Positions 44,553 through 53,149 of a stretch of DNA of 64,000 bases are shown in pieces; position 1 is the first letter of the stretch, and the number at the start of each line of letters is the position of its first letter. The stretch lies in NCBI GenBank assembly GCA_013314775.1, contig JABUFB010000008.1:725036-789035 (forward strand). Direction: 5' to 3'. A model generated the notes under the pieces. That model was not told the DNA's origin. It saw only the letters and a list, made by a program, of their open reading frames with translations, and searched no databases. Source of the DNA: Armatimonadota bacterium (lineage in GTDB: Bacteria; Armatimonadota; Zipacnadia; Zipacnadales; JABUFB01). The translations under genes and the position numbers were made by a program.

Positions 44553-46475
44553 TCAGAGCTGGTTCTGCTCCCAGGGATTGTCCGGCGGCGGCGCTGGTCG
44601 ATTCAGTCTTCGGAGCAGGTCCTCTATGTCCCGTTCATCCCCCGGCCGGTCCAGGTCCATCGCGAGTTCGGGGCGGTCCAGGATCATCAGTTCGCAGCGC
44701 GCGGCACCGGTCATCCGTTCCAGAAGGCGCGCAAGCGCGGATATGCTCGTGCCGGCCCGCGGGCTGACAAACCCGACCAGGAAGCGGAGCAGAAACCCCG
44801 GCCCGGCGAGTGAGGCGGCAAGCCACGGGCGCCTGCGCAGGACCAGAAACTGCTCCAGAGCGCCACGGAACTCGGCCGCCGCGTCCGGCCGCACCAGCGC
44901 GACGCCGGTGTGGGTCACCCAGCCTTCTTTCACAGGCAGCCAGGCCCAGTGGCGCTCCGGGGCCACCATCTCCGCGGAATCCCGCGACACCAGGGGGAGA
45001 CACAGCTCGGCGTCGCCCGAGCAATGCGCCAGGAACTCGCAGAGCGCCGCGGGAGTGACCGCAGGCAGGTCGCAGGTGACCACCAGGACCCGACGGTGTG
45101 TGCCTATGTCCTCGATGGCGCCCAGCAGGTTCGCGGTGAGCCCCGGCCGTTCTACGATGAGCCGGTCCGCCTTGCCCTCGCCGACCATCTCCCCCAGCAG
45201 GTCATCCGGACCGGCGATGGTGATGCTCTGGACATTGGGCACTTTTCGCAGGGCGTCTATGATGTGGGCGATGCTCGGCTTGCCCAGGATCGGTATCAGC
45301 GCCTTGTGCCCCCAACCGGTCCATTCGGCGAGATCGCGGCCCGAGCTTCCACCGGCGAGGATCAGAGCATCCACATGCTCGCGCGACTCCTGCGGGGTCT
45401 GGCACGCCGCAGAGACGGCAGCGCCCGGGACACGTCTGGTGGAAGGCTCCAGCCAGACCCGCTCGGCCCGACGCTGCGCAACGCCCGTGAGCTTGTCGTC
45501 CTCCAGTAGTCCACGGCGCCGCAGCATGACGTGCTCGAACCCTACGGCGATATGCGCGCCAAACAGGAGCGTCTGGGAGCCGATGAAGGACCACAGTGAG
45601 AAAACGACGACGCCGGTGAGGCCACCGTAGATCGTGCCGAACTGCTGTGACTGAGCGATAATGCTGGTGAATATGTGAGAGACAAGGAGCCACAAAACCG
45701 TCGCGCCCAGTGAGCCCGCCAACACTGCCTGATTAGGGACGCGCTGGACAGGCATGAGCTTGTACACAAGGGCGAACGCCACCCAGACCAGCAAGATCTG
45801 GACGGCCTCCACGAACCATGGCTGAGCGGCGTCCAGAATTGCTGGATTGATCTCCGGGAACTGCAGCAGCCACGTTCGCACCGAGGCCCACAGGGCGTTG
45901 AGAAGCATGAAGCTCCCCAGGAGCAGTCCTGCCACCACCATGCTGTTGAACGCCACCAGCTTCCGGGTGAGGTATCCGCGCGTGATCTTCCCCGGCCAGA
46001 CCTCTGTCAGGCTGCGCTCCAGGGTTTCGAAGAGGCGAATTGCGGCCCAGATCACGGTAACGAGACTTGCGGCGAAGGCAAGATACGCATTGCCCTGCCC
46101 CACGAGTCCGTATGCATCCCCCGAACCCATGGTGCCGATGGGATTTGCAAGCAGCCCCTCGACCATGGGGATGATCCGGTCAGCGGCATTTGGGCCAAGC
46201 TCCCGCGCCGCCTCGCGGATGCGTTCGTACACATCAGTCCCGGGGCCCAGGAGCATCTGCAGCCCGGCGGCGAGGAGCACGGCCAGCGGACCCAGGCAGA
46301 TCAGGGAGTAAAAGGCCACCGCAGCGGCCATGAAATGGGTGCCCGTGAAGTAGAAGCGCAGGTATGCGATCCTGGCAATGCGCAGCCAGAGCACCGCGAT
46401 GCGCAGCGGCGCCCGGGCAACCCGGACAGCCAGTTTCTCCGGTTCAGGGTCTGTCATGTCGCCTTCTCTCAGCAT
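44553..46475 (-). CDS. fusion protein: YihY/BrkB-family membrane domain plus MobA-like nucleotidyltransferase domain
   Basis: Single uninterrupted 640-codon ORF. N-terminal ~330 aa have YihY features (AAAVAFYSLICLGPLAVLL and multiple TM segments). The C-terminal part begins VDALILAGGSSGRDL...LIPILGKPSIAHIIDAL. Alternative start at ATG 46457. Confidence 0.75.
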   Translation of the reverse strand: MLREGDMTDPEPEKLAVRVARAPLRIAVLWLRIARIAYLRFYFTGTHFMAAAVAFYSLICLGPLAVLLAAGLQMLLGPGTDVYERIREAARELGPNAADRIIPMVEGLLANPIGTMGSGDAYGLVGQGNAYLAFAASLVTVIWAAIRLFETLERSLTEVWPGKITRGYLTRKLVAFNSMVVAGLLLGSFMLLNALWASVRTWLLQFPEINPAILDAAQPWFVEAVQILLVWVAFALVYKLMPVQRVPNQAVLAGSLGATVLWLLVSHIFTSIIAQSQQFGTIYGGLTGVVVFSLWSFIGSQTLLFGAHIAVGFEHVMLRRRGLLEDDKLTGVAQRRAERVWLEPSTRRVPGAAVSAACQTPQESREHVDALILAGGSSGRDLAEWTGWGHKALIPILGKPSIAHIIDALRKVPNVQSITIAGPDDLLGEMVGEGKADRLIVERPGLTANLLGAIEDIGTHRRVLVVTCDLPAVTPAALCEFLAHCSGDAELCLPLVSRDSAEMVAPERHWAWLPVKEGWVTHTGVALVRPDAAAEFRGALEQFLVLRRRPWLAASLAGPGFLLRFLVGFVSPRAGTSISALARLLERMTGAARCELMILDRPELAMDLDRPGDERDIEDLLRRLNRPAPPPDNPWEQNQL

Positions 46476-46527
46476 GGCGGCCGGCAGAGGATATGCGAAA
46501 AACGGAGCGCTGTTCCCGCTTCTCTTA

Positions 46528-47061
46528 CTACCGCAGCTTCGCGAGCGAGCGGATCAGGTCCAGGTCCAGCTCGCCTTTCTGCCCCCAGCCCTTCTTGCCT
46601 GACGCGATCTGTGGCCGGAAACGCTCATACAGCTCATAGCCTGCCTCCGCGAGGGCTTCTGGTTCCAGGGAGTCCGCGAGCGCACGCATGGCGTCGCGCA
46701 CCCGGTCGAGGTCCGCGCCGAATTTGTTCTGAAGATATGTGCGGACCTTCTCTGGATCAATGGCCTCGTCCTTGACCACAGCTCGCAAGCCTGCGTCTGT
46801 GTTTTTGGCAGGGACCGGCCTGCCAAGGACCTCCACCCAGAACTCCTCGCCGAGACCCTTCTTCTTTGGTTTGCCCTCTTCATCCAGGTGCCTCGGGGGG
46901 CCGAAAACGCCCAGGCTCCGGCCCTTGGACTGGGCGTTGAGGCCCGCCAGGGCTTTCCCGAGGGTGAGCGCCGCATCCTCGTCGTGCCCAAGGCGTTCGC
47001 ACACCACTGCGGCCCAGAGCGCAAGAACGGGGGCCCTGTTGATCTGCACCGTGTCAGCCAT
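46528..47061 (-). CDS. hypothetical protein
   Basis: 177 aa. GGAGGTG lies 7 nt upstream of ATG 47061. Balanced composition. The overlapping same-strand ORF 46554-47081 is Arg/Ser/Trp-skewed. No family recognised. Confidence 0.7.
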   Translation of the reverse strand: MADTVQINRAPVLALWAAVVCERLGHDEDAALTLGKALAGLNAQSKGRSLGVFGPPRHLDEEGKPKKKGLGEEFWVEVLGRPVPAKNTDAGLRAVVKDEAIDPEKVRTYLQNKFGADLDRVRDAMRALADSLEPEALAEAGYELYERFRPQIASGKKGWGQKGELDLDLIRSLAKLR

Positions 47062-47234
47062 TCACCACACCTCCATGACAACAGTTCGCCCGGGAAGAGA
47101 CCATCGCCTGCATGCCCCGCTGAAGGGATTACTGCTCGGGAGCGGAACCTGTCTCCGGCAGACAGCTGTACCGCTGCCGCCGCGCCGGATACCGAACTGG
47201 TGCGGCCCGGGCAATATCGGACTTGGGAGGACTG

Positions 47235-48182
47235 ATGCGAATGTCGCGAGTGTTTGTATTGATAACGTGCGCGCTGTGCCTGGTTGTGCCTTCTTCGGCC
47301 CAGCAGAACGCTGCCGCGCGCCGGGCGCTTCTATTGACACTCAAGCCAGGGCAACTCGCGGCTGTCGAGCGGCTTTCGGCATCACTCCATGACCCCGATC
47401 CGGTGGTAGCGCGCACGGCGGCCCGTCTTCTCGGACAGTTTGGAGATGCCGCCTTGCCATCCTTGCGCAAAGCGCTGCAAAGCAACGATCTGCTGGTTCG
47501 GCGCAATGCGGTGGCGTCCCTGGGAGCTATCGGGAAGCCCGCCGTAGCCGACCTCATGCAGGCGATGAAAGATCCGCATGTGCTGATCCGGCAGGCAGCG
47601 GTGTTTGCGCTGAGCCGGGTGCGGCCCATGTCTGATGAGGTCTCGCAGGCCATCGCCCTCGCCACATCGGACGAACAGCAACTCGTGCGCGACGCGGCGC
47701 TGGATGTCCTGCGAACGCGGTTCGTCACAGTGCGCACGATTCCCCTGCCGGAGGAGGACTGGAAATTCAGGACCGACCCGGACAACCAGGGCGAGCAGGC
47801 CGGCTGGTTCGCAGCTGACCTGGACGATGCCGGCTGGCTGGACATTGGCATCGGCAAGTCGTGGGAGGAGTTCGGGCACACCTACGATGGCGTGGCGTGG
47901 TACCGCAGGACCGTGGAACTGCCCGCCATCGATCCGCCACCGGCCCGGGCGGTGCTGGCTTTCGGTGGGGTGGATGAAGACTGCTGGGTGTGGATCAACG
48001 GGAAGTCCGCCGGAGCCCATGCCATCGGCCCGATGGGTTGGGACAAGCCCTTCCGGCTGGATGTGAGCCATGCGATCAAGTGGGGCCAGGCCAACCAGAT
48101 CGCGGTGAAGGTGAATGACTCGGCCTTCGCAGGCGGCATCTGGCGGCCGGTGGAATTGCTGGCGCTGGAGGAGGCGGATTAG
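47235..48182 (+). CDS. secreted HEAT-repeat protein with C-terminal GH2-N/galactose-binding-like domain
   Basis: Signal MRMSRVFVLITCALCLVVPSSAQQ (ATG 47235 or 47241 behind GGGAGGA). HEAT-like repeats (DPDPVVARTAARLLG, NDLLVRRNAVASLG, DPHVLIRQAAVFAL). C-terminus WYRRTVELP...FGGVDEDCWVWINGKSAG. Confidence 0.7.
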   Translation: MRMSRVFVLITCALCLVVPSSAQQNAAARRALLLTLKPGQLAAVERLSASLHDPDPVVARTAARLLGQFGDAALPSLRKALQSNDLLVRRNAVASLGAIGKPAVADLMQAMKDPHVLIRQAAVFALSRVRPMSDEVSQAIALATSDEQQLVRDAALDVLRTRFVTVRTIPLPEEDWKFRTDPDNQGEQAGWFAADLDDAGWLDIGIGKSWEEFGHTYDGVAWYRRTVELPAIDPPPARAVLAFGGVDEDCWVWINGKSAGAHAIGPMGWDKPFRLDVSHAIKWGQANQIAVKVNDSAFAGGIWRPVELLALEEAD

Positions 48183-48185
48183 CCG

Positions 48186-49790
48186 TCACGGCGCGTTCTC
48201 AGGCCGCTTGCCAATGGCTTCTGCCTCGGTTGCTGTCTTCACTTCAACCGGCCGAGCCCGCGCGCCTACCTTCACGGACAACGGGTCAAGCACCACCAGA
48301 TCATCCACAGTGAGACCCTCGAGTATCGCCGTGCCCTCATCCGTGCGCGGGCCGGGAAGCACCGGGCGCCGCCGGATGTGTCCGCCTTCAACAAGAAGCA
48401 CGTATGCCTCCTGCCCCACGCGCACGAGGCACGCTTCAGCTACCGCCGGGAGCTGCCGGTCCGCATCCACGATGATGTCGGCAAGAGCGGGCTTTCTGCC
48501 TTCCACTGCGTCGGCGCTCGCGTTCAGTTGCAGTGTAACGGTGACCACTTCCCGCTCGTCACCGGGCTCAGGCACTTCACTCACCGTGGCTTCGAAGCTC
48601 TCGTCTGGCGAACCGCGCAGCGCGACGCGTGCGGTCTGGCCGAGACGGATGCGCGCTGCATCCCTCGCCGGGACCTGCACGCGGGCGACGGGTGGTCTGG
48701 CTTCCGCGATCGTGAGCACCACTGATTCGGCGCTCACGAAGTCGCCCTCTTGCCGCAGGACCTCGGTGATAATGCCGTCGAAGGGCGACTTGACGTCAGT
48801 TGTCCGGAGGGACGCGTCGATCTGGTCGCGCAGGTTCTCGGCACGTTCCAGGCGCTCCAGGGCAGCCTTCAGGCGCTCGTCCAGGGCCTGCCGACGCTTC
48901 TCCAATATGTTCGGGGCAGGCTCAGGCCCATCTGTAGACTGCTGCTCGCGCAGGGCGGCGACATAGCGCGCTTCGGCATCCTCCAGCGCGCGCCGGGCCT
49001 TCTCGAGCTCCTCGCCCAGCTCCCTCCTCGCGCGGGACCGCAGGGCATCTGAGCGCTCCTGCGCCGCGGCCAGGCCCCGCTTCGCGGCTTCGAGCTTCCG
49101 CGTGGCACGGTCCAGATCAAGCTGAGCCTGGGCCAGGACTTCAGGTTCCTTCTTCCCCTCGGTCATCAACTGCCGGGCGTGGTCGCGCAGCTTCGTCATT
49201 CGGTCCACGTGGGCCTGCTCGATCTCCAGGCGACTGCGGGCGCTCTCAAGCTCCTTCGTCGCGTCCTTCATCTCGCGCATGGCATCCCGGGAATCCGACG
49301 CTTCCTTGGCGAGACGGGCGAACTCCTCGCGGAGGCGCCGCACCTCATTCCGGGCCTGTGCAAGTGTGTCGGTGGCTGCCAATTCCGGCGTGCTGTCGGG
49401 TTCACGCTCGATGGCTCGTCGCACCGCGTCCAGTTCAGCGCGGGCATCCTTGACCACGGCTTCAGCACGCTCCAGGTCTCGAGCGCCGCTCTGGGAACCA
49501 AGCCGCGCGATGACCTGGTTCGCGGACACTTCGCTGCCCGGTGTGACCAGCATCTGCACAATGATGCCTGGGTCGTGCAAGGTCAGCTCAACCTGCTTCG
49601 GGCCCAAGACGACGCCGTCCACAGAGAGGATTTCCGGCGCCAGGGTCATGCGCGGGCGAATGACCTCCACCGGTGCGGGACGCGCCACTGACCAGAGCGC
49701 GGCGCCTGCGGCGAGGATGCCGATAATCGCCCCGACGAGCAGCCAACGCCGGGTACGCGTGTCGTATGACGGCGGGGTCTCGGGCGTCAT
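48186..49790 (-). CDS. HlyD-family membrane-fusion (periplasmic adaptor) protein with very long coiled coil
   Basis: ATG 49790 gives MTPETPP...RRWLLVGAIIGILAAGAALW (TM anchor). Lipoyl-like halves (VTPGSEVSANQVIARL...VKSPFDGIITEV) flank a heptad-rich Arg/Glu/Ala hairpin of roughly 230 aa. Alternative start TTG 49931 behind GGAGG. Confidence 0.75.
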   Translation of the reverse strand: MTPETPPSYDTRTRRWLLVGAIIGILAAGAALWSVARPAPVEVIRPRMTLAPEILSVDGVVLGPKQVELTLHDPGIIVQMLVTPGSEVSANQVIARLGSQSGARDLERAEAVVKDARAELDAVRRAIEREPDSTPELAATDTLAQARNEVRRLREEFARLAKEASDSRDAMREMKDATKELESARSRLEIEQAHVDRMTKLRDHARQLMTEGKKEPEVLAQAQLDLDRATRKLEAAKRGLAAAQERSDALRSRARRELGEELEKARRALEDAEARYVAALREQQSTDGPEPAPNILEKRRQALDERLKAALERLERAENLRDQIDASLRTTDVKSPFDGIITEVLRQEGDFVSAESVVLTIAEARPPVARVQVPARDAARIRLGQTARVALRGSPDESFEATVSEVPEPGDEREVVTVTLQLNASADAVEGRKPALADIIVDADRQLPAVAEACLVRVGQEAYVLLVEGGHIRRRPVLPGPRTDEGTAILEGLTVDDLVVLDPLSVKVGARARPVEVKTATEAEAIGKRPENAP

Positions 49791-50008
49791 GGGGACTCTC
49801 GCGCGGGATGAGTGAGCGCCTGCGGACCTGTGCAGATAGTACTCCACGCGGGGAGAGACGGCAACGGAGAAGCGAAGCAGGCTGGAAACGCGCAGTACAG
49901 GGTTTGTGGGAGTGTTCTGACCCGCTGCCAAGTCTCCCCTCCGCTCAGGCGTAGTTTTGCGGCACGTTGGCTGCTTATCTTGCGGACGTTACAAGCACCA
50001 CCCGTCCG

Positions 50009-51190
50009 TCAGAACCTCGGGTTCGGCCCGACCACTTCCGGGCGTTCCTCGGCCAATTCCTTCGCCATCGCCTTCAGGCGCGCATCCGCGTGCTCGAAGA
50101 GCATCCTGTATGATTCGCAGAAGTAGCTCGGGCCGTTGATAGTGCCGAGGCCGGTGAGCCGGTGTCGCTGACAGCCACCGTGGCACTGGCCGAACCAGGG
50201 GCAGTCCTCGCACCCGCACCCTGTCCGGGCCTTGTCGAACCGAAACTGCATGAACTTCTCGGAGAGCGCGATCTCTCGCAGCGGTGTCTCCATTACATTA
50301 CCCAGACGGTATTCCGGCTCCACGAAAAAGTCGCAGGGATAGACGTCGCCGTTGTGCTCGATGAGCAGATAGTCCGCGCACGTCCGGCGCATGTCGCACG
50401 ATGGGCACTCGTGGCCGAGATAGACCATAAGCAGGTCGTCCATCATGCGCACGTAAGTTCGCGGTGCTGATTCCGCTTGCCAGCGGTCGAAAATGGTGCA
50501 CAGGAACTCGCCAAACTGTCGTGGGGTGCAGTTGTACGGACAAAGCTTCCCCGTCTCCGGATCGCGCTCGATGCACGGGATGAACTGCAGATAGCGGAAG
50601 TTGTGCTGCATATAGAAGTCGTAGATCTCGTCGGCCTTGTCGCCCGAGTATGCGGTGACCATGCACAGGATGTTGAACTCTGCGCCATTTCGGTCGAGTA
50701 TTTCGGTGCTGCGCATGACCCGGTCCCATGTAGATTCGCCGGTGGGCGTGCGGCGGTAATGGTCGTGGATGTGCTTCGGGCCGTCGAGACTCACACCGAT
50801 GAGGAAGCTATACCTTCGGAAGAACCGGGCCCACTCATCATTGATGAGCATGCCGTTGGTCTGCAGGCCGTTGGCGATGTTTTGGCCAGGCCGCGCTTTC
50901 TGAAGCTGGACAGCCACCACGCTGCGAAAGAAATCCACACCGAGAAGTGTGGGTTCACCACCTTGCCAACCGAAAGAGGGATTGTCGCCAGACATCTCCA
51001 TGTACTCACCTATGAGCCGGTGCATGACCTCGCGCGACAGCCTGTGGCCGCCGCCGGGATAAATCGCGTGTTTCGGCAAGTAGAAACAGTACTCGCAGCG
51101 CAGATTGCAGTCAGGTCCGGCGGGCTTGATGAGCAAGCTGAGACTGCGCAGGTAGGCTTCGGGGTCGGTGATGCGGATGTCTGTGTCCAT
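50009..51190 (-). CDS. radical SAM/SPASM enzyme of the anaerobic sulfatase-maturating enzyme type
   Basis: ATG 51190 (MDTDIRITDPEAYLRSLSLLIKPAGPDCNLRCEYCFY). FGWQGGEPTL. C-terminal Cys clusters CPSCDMRRTC...CDF...CGCEDCPWFGQCHGGC. Confidence 0.8.
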   Translation of the reverse strand: MDTDIRITDPEAYLRSLSLLIKPAGPDCNLRCEYCFYLPKHAIYPGGGHRLSREVMHRLIGEYMEMSGDNPSFGWQGGEPTLLGVDFFRSVVAVQLQKARPGQNIANGLQTNGMLINDEWARFFRRYSFLIGVSLDGPKHIHDHYRRTPTGESTWDRVMRSTEILDRNGAEFNILCMVTAYSGDKADEIYDFYMQHNFRYLQFIPCIERDPETGKLCPYNCTPRQFGEFLCTIFDRWQAESAPRTYVRMMDDLLMVYLGHECPSCDMRRTCADYLLIEHNGDVYPCDFFVEPEYRLGNVMETPLREIALSEKFMQFRFDKARTGCGCEDCPWFGQCHGGCQRHRLTGLGTINGPSYFCESYRMLFEHADARLKAMAKELAEERPEVVGPNPRF

Positions 51191-51262
51191 GAGCGCGGGT
51201 ATGCCTCGTGGGGTCCCGAAATGGGGGTGACCGCTTCCGGGCCGGTGGTTATAATATGGGCC

Positions 51263-51292
51263 ATAATACCCACACCGGCCCCCGCGAAGCAA
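51263..51292 (-). promoter_or_regulatory. candidate promoter of the radical SAM gene
   Basis: On the minus strand: TTGCTT, 18 nt, TATTAT, in the only AT-rich patch of the intergenic region. The same patch reads GTGACC, 17 nt, TATAAT (51227-51255) on the plus strand. Confidence 0.4.
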
Positions 51293-51875
51293 CCGGGGGA
51301 GGGTGGTCATGTGGCAGGGGCCCCATCCGCCCATCATGGGTCACGCCGGGAGAAGCGAAACACACGGAGGGCGCTGCACTGTCGGCGTCTATGCCCTGTC
51401 GCCGCCGTGAAACCCCGGTGGGGCCGTCCGTATGCAGCCAGGGGCGGGCGCCCCTGGAATCAGGTGTACGCGACCGCAGAGACGCGAAGCCCCAGCGGGC
51501 AGACAGGAACCGCTGCTCATCTGCCGCCCCCGTTGGGGGCTGACGTCGGACTGCAACCGAGGACGGAGCGCGCGTCATCAATACGGTTGTGTTCGCGGGA
51601 GCGCTTTGCCCCGCATGAGTTGGACACACGTGTGCTCATCGTTCACCTGGAGTTCGAGGGACTCGGTGACTGACTCGGCTGACACTTGAGCCGCCCACCC
51701 CGCCCCGGAGATAACATGGCGCGAATTGGCAAGAACAGGTATGTCTATCCACAGGCACTGATCCCATCCCGGGGTCAGTGCCTGCTTCCGTATGCCTGAT
51801 CGGGGCCGTGCACGGGCCCACTTCGCGACCACACCGGCGGCTTTCCCCGCCTCAAACTCACAGGAGCAATACGTG

Positions 51876-53078
51876 ATGACCCCCGAAGCCCAACTCGAGA
51901 TCCTGGCCCGCAATTGCGTGGATTTCCACACACGCGAGGAACTGCTGGACAAGCTGAAGGAAGGCCGCCCGCTGCGCATCAAGTACGGCGCCGATCCCAG
52001 CGCGCCCGACCTGCACCTGGGTCACAGCGTGCCCTTGTGGAAACTGCGCGAATTCCAGGAGCTCGGCCACCAGATCGTGTTCATCATCGGCGACTTTACC
52101 GGGATGATCGGCGACCCCAGCGGCAAGTCCAAGACTCGCCCCATGCTCACGCGCGAACAGGTCGAGGCCAATGCGAAGACTTACGCCGAGCAGGTGGGGA
52201 AGATCCTGGATGTGAGCAAGTGCGAGATTCGCTACAACAGCGAGTGGTTCAGCAAGATGACGACGGCGGAGTTCCTGGCGGTGGCTTCGAACTACACCAT
52301 CGCGCGCATGCTGGAACGCGACGACTTCTCCCTGCGGATGCGGGACGAAGTGCCCATATCCATGCTGGAACTCATGTACCCGCTGGTGCAGGCATACGAT
52401 TCGGTGGCAGTGCAAGCGGACCTGGAAATGGGGGGAACGGACCAGCTTTTCAACTTCCTTGTGGGTCGGGACATTATGCGCGCTTACGGCCTGCCGCCTC
52501 AAGTGGTCATGACCTGGCCGCTTCTCGTGGGCACCGACGGCAAGGACAAGATGAGCAAGTCACTGGGAAACTATATCGGGATCGCCGAAAGCCCGGACGA
52601 AATGTTCGGCAAGGTCATGTCGATCCCGGACAGCGCCCTTGCCCAGTACTTCCGGCTGATCCTCAACCGCAGCAATGCGGAAATCGCGGAGATGGAAAGA
52701 GCCATCGAGGCCGGCGCGAACCCCCGGGATTTCAAGGCCGAGCTGGGTCGGCAGATCGTAGCGATCTACTACGACGCCGCTACCGGTCAGGCCGCTAGTG
52801 ACGAATTCGACCGCGTCCATGCCGAGCGCCAGCTGCCCACCGATATGCCCGAGCTGGACGTGTCGGGCGAGCTTGAGAATGGGGCGCTGTGGATCGTGAA
52901 ACTCCTGGTCATTGCCGGCTTTGCCCAGACCAACGGAGAAGCGCGGCGGCTCGTGCAGCAGGGCGGAGTCAAGATCAACGGCGAGGTCATCAACGACGAG
53001 ATGGCCCAGGTGTCACCGAAAACAGGCGACGTCCTGCAGGTAGGCAAGCGCCGGTTCGCCCGGATCCTGGTCGGTTAG
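51876..53078 (+). CDS. tyrS: tyrosine--tRNA ligase
   Basis: ATG 51876 lies 9 nt after AGGAG. HIGH motif (PDLHLGHSV), KMSKS motif (KDKMSKSLG) and a C-terminal S4-like domain (GEARRLVQQGGVKINGE). Confidence 0.92.
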   Translation: MTPEAQLEILARNCVDFHTREELLDKLKEGRPLRIKYGADPSAPDLHLGHSVPLWKLREFQELGHQIVFIIGDFTGMIGDPSGKSKTRPMLTREQVEANAKTYAEQVGKILDVSKCEIRYNSEWFSKMTTAEFLAVASNYTIARMLERDDFSLRMRDEVPISMLELMYPLVQAYDSVAVQADLEMGGTDQLFNFLVGRDIMRAYGLPPQVVMTWPLLVGTDGKDKMSKSLGNYIGIAESPDEMFGKVMSIPDSALAQYFRLILNRSNAEIAEMERAIEAGANPRDFKAELGRQIVAIYYDAATGQAASDEFDRVHAERQLPTDMPELDVSGELENGALWIVKLLVIAGFAQTNGEARRLVQQGGVKINGEVINDEMAQVSPKTGDVLQVGKRRFARILVG

Positions 53079-53149
53079 GAGGGGATTGCGGTGCGAGCGT
53101 CGAAGGTACATTCCAGGCGCAAACAGCAGATGGTGGGAGGCGATCGGGT

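Noticed and set aside
43492-45630. 712-aa plus-strand ORF
   Set aside because: Antisense to the DapA-like gene and the YihY fusion. The second half is extreme Arg/Ser/Pro low complexity.
46554-47081. 175-aa ORF overlapping 46528-47061 on the same strand in another frame
   Set aside because: Arg/Ser/Trp-rich off-frame product. The chosen frame has the GGAGGTG RBS and balanced composition.
49791-49931. N-terminal extension of the HlyD adaptor from TTG 49931 (GGAGG 6 nt upstream)
   Set aside because: Kept only as an alternative. The 47 extra residues have poor composition, and a TTGCCG-17-TACTAT promoter-like element lies inside them. ATG 49790 gives a normal cytoplasmic tail plus TM anchor. 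I cannot decide without data.
51300-51313. T-box-like AGGGTGGT upstream of tyrS
   Set aside because: Only the first 8 nt match the T-box core (the ACCGCG part is absent). It lies about 570 nt from the start codon and right next to the putative promoter. I found no specifier-loop or terminator/antiterminator arrangement.
51625-51634. 10-bp perfect palindrome CACACGTGTG
   Set aside because: Unspaced 10-bp palindromes are expected by chance dozens of times in 64 kb. It has no positional link to a promoter.
51517-51639. 40-codon minus-strand ORF (MSTRVSNSCGAKRSREHNRIDDARSVLGCSPTSAPNGGGR) as a RiPP precursor for the SPASM enzyme
   Set aside because: It has only two Cys and no leader/core features. 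The AGGTGA RBS is just 4 nt from the ATG, and the ORF is about 330 nt upstream of the radical SAM start, beyond its likely promoter. This is not enough evidence.
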